DNA of 64,000 nucleotides from Naegleria gruberi (Eukaryota): NCBI GenBank assembly GCA_000004985.1, contig GG738898.1; one strand, 5' to 3'. Shown piece by piece: positions 55,269 to 64,000 of this stretch (position 1 is its first letter; each line of letters starts with the position of its first letter). The notes under the pieces were generated by a model. It saw only the letters and a program-made list of their open reading frames with translations, ran no database searches and was not told where the DNA came from. The position numbers and the translations under genes were made by a program.

Positions 55269-56897
55269 AATGGCAACTCTTGATGAAGATTCGAGGTGGA
55301 AGGGACATCATTTGTACGGAGACGATTATTTTGATCCAAAGAATGATCCTCCATTGTTGGTAATTCATGTAACGGAGCCTTTGAAAGAAGGTAAGTCTAA
55401 TTTGTGGAACGTTTGGAAATTAATTGATTTAATTATTTAATAATATTTAAATATTTAAATATTGGATGATGGTGAATAGGAAGCGGTTTATCTGCACATA
55501 CAACCTATCTAGTAACAACCACAGTATTTGTAAGTATTAAGCTCTTCTTGATGTACTTAATGTGATCATCAAAGGCTACCAAGAAATCGTACTGTATCAG
55601 AAGGAGATACAAGGAATTTAAGAAACTATTTGAAGAGATGACTAAATTGAGAGGAGTTAACCTTTCATCATTTCCAAAGAAGAAGTTAAAGAGTAAGTTG
55701 TTTATTTTACCGTTACATTGAATTAAATTTAAATATTATTATTAAATAATATGTAATTAAATAATAATTAAAGAATTTGATTATGATATTGTGGAAGAGA
55801 GAAGATTATCTTTTGAAATTATTCTCAGAGAAATGGCAGATCATCACCAAATTGTGATTGCTCCATTATTTAGAAGATTTGTTGAAGTTCCTTTGAATGT
55901 GAATGTTTTCCCTTCGGATTTTAATATTAATTCATATACAGCAAGAAGAAAATCTACAGTCACACCAAGAGATCAACCAAAACATCAAAGTATTAGTAAG
56001 AAAGCTCCACCTCCACCACCTCCTTCATCACAATCATCTGTAAATCAGCTCGACAGTGAACAACAGGTCACTGTTATTATTCCTCCACCACCCCAACAAC
56101 AAACTGTCAAGACAGCTAGTCCACAACCTCCTGTTGAAGCTGTTAGTCCAGTTTCCCCTCAGCAACCACAAACATCTATTCCTGTTCGTACACAACAGGA
56201 ACAACCATCACCTGTTAGTCCAGTGAAAAGAAATTCACAATCACAATTAGAACAGCAACCAGTTCCTGAAGTTGTTGACCCAAACACACCAGTAATTATT
56301 CTTTCACCAACAACAGCACAACAATCACAACAACAATTTTCACAACAGCAACAACAAGCACAACCAACAGTACCTCATCAACAACAACCAGTAGATGTCT
56401 CTACATTCATAGAGGAGATGAGAATGCAACATCAAAATAGACAATCTTTAAAATCCAATCCAACATCACCTGTTGTACAAGTATCTGAACCAGTAAAAGA
56501 ATTGGATGAAGATGTTATTGAGGTTAGACAAGTTCCTTTACCTCCAAAAAGAAAGAGTCAGGAACGAACATCATCACCACAATATGAAAATTCCAAGACT
56601 GATGCAAGAAGATTTACTGAGGAGGAATCAACAGATTATAGTACTAATTTCAGACCTATGGTGGAGGAAGATGAAGCTGTGGATCAAACTGAAGGAGATA
56701 ATAATTTTAATATGGCAATGCTTAACCTGGGAGCACAACCAATCAGAGTACAAGCAAGAATGTCTACTGGTGCACTTCATACACCATATCATCAAATTAA
56801 GAGAGATTCAATTACTTCAAAGTTAGCTGATATTGATCCTGAGCAACAAGTTCAGGAAATTTTGAGACAAATCAAAGGAGAATCTAATGTAGAGTAA
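55269..56897 (+). CDS. PX-domain (sorting-nexin-like) protein with P/Q-rich C-terminus, 4 exons
   Basis: Exons approx. 55269-55389, 55480-55529, 55575-55692 and 55774-56897, all with GTAAGT donors. The PX motifs are …PPLLVIHVTEPLKEG|SGLSAHTTYLVTTTVF|ATKKSYCIRRRYKEFKKLFEEMTKL…SSFPKKKLK|KFDYDIVEERRLSFEIIL…. Confidence 0.7.
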
Positions 56898-56909
56898 ATA
56901 AGGATAAAT

Positions 56910-58983
56910 TTATTTATCCCACTTTCCTTGTTGTCTCAACTTGTTAACTTCGTCAACAGCAATTTGTTTGAGAGCAATATAGTCAATCTTGGCGACACGA
57001 TTAAGAGGCATGTCAGAAGTGAGGAAAACAACGTGTGATGGTCTCTTGTAGGCTGCCATTTCATTACAGGCCTTCATAACATCTGAAACAGTGATGGACT
57101 TATCTTCCTTATCCTTCAATTCAATCAAAACAACAATACCCTCAGAGAAGATTTCATGATCAACACCAACAGCACCAACACGAGCAATCTTTTCCTTAAA
57201 TGATTGTTCAATAAATTCTTCAACTTCACCAGGGAAAACTTGATAACCCTTTGGTTTGATGACGAACTTTCTACGAGAAGCAAAGTGCAACCCAAGATTA
57301 TCATAAGAACCAACATCGCCAGTGTACAAGATGAAATCATTTGGATCCTTACTTTCCTTCTTTTCAATGGTGAGTGGAACAATGGTTTGTCTCATTGTTT
57401 CAGCAAGTTCTGGATTTTCATCAGCTCCATGATATCTAGAAAAATTTCAATGTAATATCCAATAGTTAGTTCAATAAAAATTATTTAAGAGCTTGTGTAA
57501 AAAAAATAAATACTAAGCTACAAACCCAACAAAGATTTGAGGACCAGTGAAACAAACTTCACCAACCTCAGAAGCTTTCTTCTCAGCTCCAGCAATATAG
57601 ACGCCATCTACAAGTACAGGTGGTTCACGAACACTGATTGGACACAATGGAGAATCATAACCAATGGATGCCATAATTTCAGAAACACCAACACCGAGTT
57701 GACTGTATGTAACGAAACCAGCAGTTTCAGTCAAACCCAAACCAGAGCAAATTAATGGAGCCATGGTTTGCATCTTTTCTAAAAATTGGGTAGTGACAGC
57801 TTGACCACCATAAATAGCTAATTTGAGACTAGACAAGTCATATTTGGAATAGTTTGGCAATCTCCATTGCAATTGGAAGAGGGCTGGAATTTGACCCAAA
57901 CAATTAACCTTGTACTTTTCAATAGCTTGCAAACTCTTTTCAGCATCGAAAATGTGTAAAATAACACAAGAACCACCGGCATAGATGGTTGTGAAAAATT
58001 GTTCAGTAATGCAACCAACGTGACTTGGTGGCAAATTGCACAACATGACAACTGTTTCGTCCTTTGCCCATGGATCAAAGAAAGCTCTCTTGAGACCAAT
58101 ATTTTGAATAATAATATTAGCATGTGAAAGTTTAGCAGCCTATTTAAACAGTTAACATAATTATCACAAGTATCCAAATAGTAGAATTTTCAAATATTTT
58201 CAAATCAATTTCAATCATTTTCATTATAATAAATTCTCTGTTAAAAAAATCAATTCTCAAATATAACATTACCTTTGGATTACCAGTTGATCCTGTTGTA
58301 AAAATGATAATAGCTGGATCATTAGGACTAACTTGCGATTCATGGTAAGCAACACCACCACCGACCCAGGATTTCAAATAATCAAAAATAAATAAACTCT
58401 TAACGTTGGCAACAAAATCAAGAATGCCAATAGCTCCATCAATAACCAAATCCTTTTCCTTTTGGAATTGAACCCAGTGAGTAATAGTTCCAGTACCAGT
58501 TTCAGTCTTTTTGTAATTCTTCATCAAATTTGAAACCATAGGTCTGAAATCAGCAACTGGAGTTTGACCCAAAAAGAAGTACATTTTTGGACGAATAGCA
58601 TCAAAACACTTGGCAATTTCATGTTCCTTCAATCTCAAATCCAAAGGAGCAATCACAACACCCAATCTCATACAGGCAAATAATAAATAAATATGTTCCT
58701 TCATGAATGGAAGGGAGGTGGCAACAATATCTCCCTTTTTCAATCCACATTCCAATAATTTAGCAGCAAAAGCAGTTGATGACTGTCTCAATGTTGCATA
58801 ACTAATTTCATCTCCGGTATTAAATTCACACAAGGCCGGATTACTCTTCTTTGTATTTGCATGATAATCGACCAAATCGAAAAGTCTCATCAACTTTACA
58901 CGTTCATATTCCTCCACAGCTAATTTTCTAAATTCCGTATCGGCAAATGATGCAAGTCTTTCCTTCTCTGGTTGTGCAGACAT
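56910..58983 (-). CDS. acyl-CoA synthetase / 4-coumarate:CoA-ligase-like AMP-binding enzyme, 3 exons
   Basis: Exons 58983-58273, 58139-57526 and 57435-56910. Intron 1 (133 nt) has a GTAATG donor and intron 2 (90 nt) a GTTTGT donor. The protein has IIFTTGSTGNPK, …TGPQIFVG|YHGADENPELAETMRQ…, YTGDVG and FVIKPKGYQVFPGEVEEFI. Confidence 0.85.
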
Positions 58984-59278
58984 TTTTTTATGAGCGTGAA
59001 AACTTCAAAGCCTTCAAAATTACATTAAAAGAGAATTATCAAGCCTAGATCAAGAAGAAGATTCTTGAATTACATGATCACAACAAATAGATTTATTGAG
59101 TGAGGTTTGAAGAAGAAGTTTATTCCGATGGGAAGAATGAAAATTTTCAATGGTTTGTTGTTATTGGTGAACAAGTAGAAGGAGAATTTGAAATATTGAA
59201 TCTTCAAGCATGACTGTAAATTATTTTCTGTTTTTGGCGCCAATTTGACTTATTGAGCAGAGAAAATGGAATTTTTAA

Positions 59279-59340
59279 ATTAAGGCGGGAAATGAGGAAT
59301 GGTTCATTGTTAAGAATTGAAATGAGGAATGGTTCATTGT
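59279..59340. repeat. 2 x 30-bp tandem direct repeat (TTAAG-nnnn-GAAATGAGGAATGGTTCATTGT) in the upstream region of the acyl-CoA synthetase gene
   Basis: The 22-mer GAAATGAGGAATGGTTCATTGT occurs at 59289-59310 and 59319-59340, each preceded by TTAAG. It is adjacent to TTTGGCGCCAA at 59233-59243. Confidence 0.8.
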
Positions 59341-59365
59341 GTGTATTATTTTTTTATTTACCTAT

Positions 59366-60476
59366 TTAGAGAGCAAAGAGAAAGAGGGCTAAACAAAGAA
59401 AGAGATGGAAAGTTAAGTGAGATGCAATATTCGAAACAGCATGTTTCGTACTAGTGCTGGCATTGTTAGTGGCTCCACCAGTTGTTCCTCCATTTCCATC
59501 GACAACTATTCCATTACCTGTGTAGTAAATTAAATTTGATGAAACCTTACTTGCTATCCAACTCTTGAAATAGGCAACTGAAGTATAAACTCCACGATTG
59601 CTATACGAAGACGAAACTCCACAACCTTCAGGTCCATACGAAACTAAACCACTCACGACCCACAATTTAGTGGTAGCTCCAGAAGTAGTATTCGAGGAAT
59701 TCGATGAACCAGAATTAATTTGAACTTGCATTGCTAAACCACCTCCAGAATCACCTAATTTAGTTTAAATTCGAATAAATTAATTGGAAATAAATGAACT
59801 ACTTACCACTACAAGCATCAATACCATTTCCTGAACCGGCACATATTTGTCCCTTACTCTGACTCATATCTAATCCCAATGAATTACAATACTTGTCATC
59901 GACTAATGGAGCGAGGCCTTTCATCATATAATTGGAAGCTGTTCCAACATTATCATTGGTGAGACCCCATCCAATGATATAGTGAGGTGTTCCAACAGCT
60001 GCATTGGTCATTGGAATCATGGCAATGTTGGCTGTTGGAAGGGAAATGTCAGATGCCAATTCATAAATTGCAACATCGTTCACTACATTGTTTCCATCAT
60101 ATTTTTCATGGTTAGTGATGGATTTTACTTGAACTCTTTGACAAGCACTGTATGTACCAACTTTTGAAGGACAAGAAGATAATGAGTTGGTGCCATACAC
60201 AATGGTCAACTTGGATGGATTAGTCACAGCTCCAGAATCTTCAAAATTACAATGGGCTGCTGTAAGAATGTATTTACTCGCAATAACAGAACCTCCACAT
60301 ATATGTTGCGGAGTAGATGAAGACGAATCTTGATATTGAATCGAAACTAGGAAGGGAAATTCCTGAGGTGATGCTTGAGTGCCTCCCTGAACATGAATAG
60401 AAAATTTCGAACACTGAATTCGAAGAATAAGATTCAGAATTGAATAGATGATAAGAAAAATTGTAACGTTTCTCAT
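59366..60476 (-). CDS. secreted trypsin-like (S1) serine protease with GPI-anchor-like C-terminus, 2 exons
   Basis: Exon 1 is 60476-59807 and exon 2 is 59754-59366, with a 52-nt GTAAGT…TTAG intron. Signal peptide, TAAHC (His), NDVAIYEL (Asp) and CSG|GDSGGGL (Ser). The C-terminus is a Gly/Ser/Thr-rich stretch followed by a hydrophobic tail. Confidence 0.85.
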
Positions 60477-60825
60477 TGTTTAGTTTAGTGTATTTTTTTA
60501 ATAATGTTCTTCACTATTCGAATCCCTTAAAAAGGAAGGAAAGATGAAGAATTTAAAAAGTAGATACATTGGATATAGTTCTCTTCTTTGAATAGATATT
60601 CCTTTGGAACTTGATTCCTTTCAAATTTACTTCCAATCCTCATTTCTCTTTACTATTATTAGTTATTTCCAATACACCAAATCCTTTTTCAACGAGAGAG
60701 AAAATTCACCAATGTAAGCTAAGGATCCTTTCTAATTTCAAGTCAACCAATTGAAACTAAACATAGAGTTTCTTTACACTTTTGAAAATTAAAAAATAAA
60801 AAGTTTAACAATGAAACTAATCTAT

Positions 60826-62413
60826 TTATTTCTTAATAGCATTCAAATCCAAAGTTCTGGTATTTCTAGTATTCTTAGTGAGCTTACATGGAATAGTATT
60901 TGGAGTAATGTAAGCATTGGTAGTGAACTTTAATGGTGACAAGGTAACACCTGGAACCAAAGATGGAACATAATTATCATAAACCAATTCAACAGTCAAA
61001 GCAGTGTAACCTTGAGGTGGGTTTCTAACCAAAACATGATATTCGTTTGGTTTAGTTTCTTGCAACAAGGTAGAATTCCAAACGTTTGTACCAATAATGT
61101 AAGTTCTGAATTCACGTCCATTTGGATTAGTGGCAGACCACAAGACAACTCTGGATGGTCTATTGTTTTGAATTTTAACCTTGACAATGACACCTTCATC
61201 AACAAATCTGTGAGAGAAGGTAAATCTTGGCATGGTGACACCTGACAATCTGGCAACTTGATAACTCAACAAGACTTGGAAGACATCAGAACCAGCCAAT
61301 GAGTGACCAGTATTTGGAATATATCTAACATACTTATCACCTTCAATACTATCATAACCAAGATCGTTCAATTCTGGGCTGAAGAATTCATCTCCCAAAC
61401 TCAAAACTTGATACTTGGAAATTTGATCCAAACGTGGATAATTGACAGGATCAACAATTTTAGTGAGCTTTTCAAAACCAGTGGTGAACATGTCATTGGT
61501 AACACCAGCAGCAATGTAATCAGCCATTGCAGGAGGCCAATAACAAATGTTATTGTAAGTTCTTTCGAAAACTTCCTTAGTGTGCCAGACTGGAATGACA
61601 GCAGGAACGAGTGAAGTAACTCTGGACTATTAATTATTGTAAAATATTGTAAAGTATTGTAAATATTAATAATTATTGAAAAATGAAACTCTATATACTT
61701 ACATCAACACCAGCAAGTAAAATACTAGACCAACCTCTCTTGGAAGCACCAATAACATTCCATGTAGCAATTTCATAATTTACAGTTGACTTGACAAACT
61801 TGGTAACAACATCCAAAGCAATCTTTGATGCCTTAACCATTGGCAATTGAGTAACATAATTGACATTGGCAGTGTCATTAATAAAACGCTTCCATCCAAA
61901 AGCAATGATAGCATCTTCACTTCTAGAAGCTTGAGTAGGATCAGAGGCATAAGTAATTGGTTGATTAGGAATGTCATAAACAGTGACACCGACAGATTTA
62001 GTGGCATATGAATATGGAGTAATGATGGCATCAACACCAGGTACAGAACCAGTATTAGAACCACCTGTGAAATAGACTGTAGCTTGTGATTTAGTCTTGT
62101 CCAATGAAATTGGTACAGAAACAGTGACATAATTGAACCATGTGGATCTGACACCAACTTCAGCAGGTGTCAAGAAGGATAATGTTGTTACATTTAATAC
62201 ATATACAGTGGCCACTGTTGTTTGAACAGTGGACAATAGGGTGTAGGAGGTGACACTTTCTGGAGAGGCAACATAGTTGGCCAATGCTTGAGTAAAGTCA
62301 ATGTGACTACTGGCACGTGCCATGACAGCAACGGCAAGCATCAAACTGACCAACAAACTGCAAAGAATGGTGGTTGATTTCATTTTTGTTTTTTTTTTGA
62401 GTTGGAAGCACAA
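60826..62413 (-). CDS. PhoPQ-activated pathogenicity-related (PqaA) family secreted protein, AprA-like, 2 exons
   Basis: Exon 1 is 62413-61703 and exon 2 is 61626-60826, with a 76-nt GTAAGT…TAATAG intron. Signal peptide MKSTTILCSLLVSLMLAVAVMA. The long body (…VYFTGGSNTGSVPG…IGASKRGW…AGVD|SRVTSLVPAVIPVWH…YWPPAMADYIAAGV…) is about 500 aa. The family is assigned from memory of bacterial PqaA and Dictyostelium AprA. Confidence 0.7.
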
Positions 62414-62985
62414 ATTATCGGCAAAAGGGTCTTTAAAATGTGAAATGCCACTTGACAGTTACAGAATTTCCTCACAAAATTGACAAGAGAATCGAATTTT
62501 TATTGGTAACTGACAAACATAAAAGAGCATGTTATCTGGTGATGGGCTGTCAGTAAGTGACACTACATTAACATGGGAAAGAAGTTACACAAAAAGTCAA
62601 GTATACGTAAGGCAAGTGGCATTTGGCTTGTGAAATTATTAGTGATTACTGACAATTTGTTAATATTGGAAGAGAGTCCAGATAAATAATGTAGTATTGG
62701 TTGTAATATTTGCTGTTTTGCTTTTTTTGAAATACTTGCACCATTTCGGTTGTTAAGGTTTCGTATATATTGGTATAAGAATAGCCGAGGATCGCATGTT
62801 TCAATCATTTATCCAGTTCATAGTTTCGTTTATTTTTGGACCAGTTTCCATCTACAATTTTCATTTACAGTACTGACATTGTAATAGGTTTGTAAAATTC
62901 TTTCCAATTTTTCGAATAACTTTTCAATGACATTATTCCACAAAAAAGTGAAACCAAATCAACAATATAATTCAATTTCCAACTT

Positions 62986-64000
62986 CTATTCCATCATATA
63001 TGAAATTCCCTCATATAAAAAGTAAAATCTTTGATATTTTTCATCAAAACTAATACTAGACACAGTTCCTTCTCCCTTATATTCCTTTTCCACTTTCATA
63101 CTTTCTAAATTCATTACACAAATCAGTGAAGAGTTAGAGTTGGGGAAGAGAACTTTTCTGCTTGATGGTTCATAACACAAACACCAAATTGATTGTGTGG
63201 TGCTGAGTTGACTAGCTTCAAATTGGAGGTTGTGAGATAATTTACACTTGAAAAATGATTTTTCTCTTGAGACAATTAAGAATAGATCCAACTCTTTCGA
63301 ATAAATCATACTCATTGGTTTTCCAAGAGTCACACCTCCAAAATCATAAACTACTTTCAGCAAGTTACCATCCAAGGAATCGTACAGTTTCAATCTTTTG
63401 TTATCAGTATCGGCAACAACAATTAAATTTCCCCTAACATTCGAATACTTTCCATTCGACTCGACACATACAACTGATCGACCATATGAAAATCCCTCCT
63501 CAGAATACGAATCATATCTCAATCCTTTAACCCAAATACAGTTAGTTTCCTTTCCAGATTTACTATTCTCAATCCACTCCTTAATATTATACTTGTATAA
63601 TCTTTGATCAGAGCTGAGAAATATTAAATAATCAATAATTTGAGAATTTATATCCACGAAACTTTCCAAACACATTGCCCTCACAGAATAGTATATGGTA
63701 TGAACTAATTTTGTAATTGGATTTCCTCCCTGCAAGTTTCGAATAATATTTCCATCATCATTCAGATAGACAGTTAGTCCATACTGTCCGAAACCAAAAT
63801 TCTCCTCCACAATGATATAATCACCATATGATAACAATATACTAATTCCACCACCACTAGCTTTCTTCGGATTAGTTTCATTTAATTTGATTTTTAAATT
63901 AAATATATCCAATTGCTTATGATGATCGAGACGAAATTTGTCAAATAATTGTGATGATCCGATGGATTGATCGAGTAAGAGAATGAGTTGATCATGATCG
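62986..64000 (-). CDS. NHL-repeat beta-propeller protein, 5' part beyond the window edge
   Basis: NHL-like blades, e.g. GKYSNVRGNLIVVADTDNKRLKLYD and GKPMSMIYSKELDLFLIVS. The ORF is still open at 64000. Confidence 0.6.
   Translation of the reverse strand, partial: DHDQLILLLDQSIGSSQLFDKFRLDHHKQLDIFNLKIKLNETNPKKASGGGISILLSYGDYIIVEENFGFGQYGLTVYLNDDGNIIRNLQGGNPITKLVHTIYYSVRAMCLESFVDINSQIIDYLIFLSSDQRLYKYNIKEWIENSKSGKETNCIWVKGLRYDSYSEEGFSYGRSVVCVESNGKYSNVRGNLIVVADTDNKRLKLYDSLDGNLLKVVYDFGGVTLGKPMSMIYSKELDLFLIVSREKSFFKCKLSHNLQFEASQLSTTQSIWCLCYEPSSRKVLFPNSNSSLICVMNLESMKVEKEYKGEGTVSSISFDEKYQRFYFLYEGISYMME

Noticed and set aside
1-64000. Prokaryotic-style features: operons, CRISPR arrays, defence islands, Shine-Dalgarno-linked ORFs.
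   Set aside because: The sequence has spliceosomal introns, tRNA genes without encoded CCA, and genes that are eukaryotic-only in my recollection (Hsp70 cytosolic type, RPS11, Gα, SAS-6-like, NEDD8). ORF-track starts at TTG/GTG were moved to the first ATG.

Overview
The window is AT-rich (roughly 30-35% GC by eye) eukaryotic nuclear DNA from a draft scaffold with six runs of N. Genes lie on both strands, often less than 1 kb apart. Several carry short spliceosomal introns of 39-133 nt with GTAAGT/GTTTGT donors and (T)AG acceptors. Stop codons are mostly TAA, a few TAG, and rarely TGA. Coding regions show poly-Q/N/S low-complexity stretches. I can support about 45 protein-coding genes. The recognisable ones are cytosolic Hsp70, 40S ribosomal protein S11, a CHR chromate transporter, a NEDD8-like modifier, a BTB-ARF/ARL fusion GTPase, a divergent G-alpha, a Ser/Thr kinase, a Sel1-repeat protein, a SAS-6-head-like protein, a RAD51 paralog, an acyl-CoA synthetase, a GPI-anchored trypsin-like protease, an AprA/PhoPQ-family secreted protein, a PX/sorting-nexin protein, an SDR with a zinc-finger N-extension, an ALO-like oxidase tail fused to a SAM methyltransferase, a ligase-like nucleotidyltransferase, two DUF4116 proteins, several F-box/RNI-LRR proteins and an NHL propeller. 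There are also two tRNA genes (Ala-UGC on the minus strand, Glu-UUC on the plus strand) and one structurally complete Tc1/mariner DD34E element with ~50-bp TIRs and a TA target-site duplication. I see no prokaryotic operons or CRISPR arrays. The organism is most consistent with an AT-rich amoebozoan-like protist (dictyostelid-like features, including an AprA-family gene), but that is an inference I cannot confirm. The ORF track accepts TTG/GTG as starts, so I moved starts to the first ATG where stated. Hand-counted intron and exon boundaries may be off by 1-2 nt.
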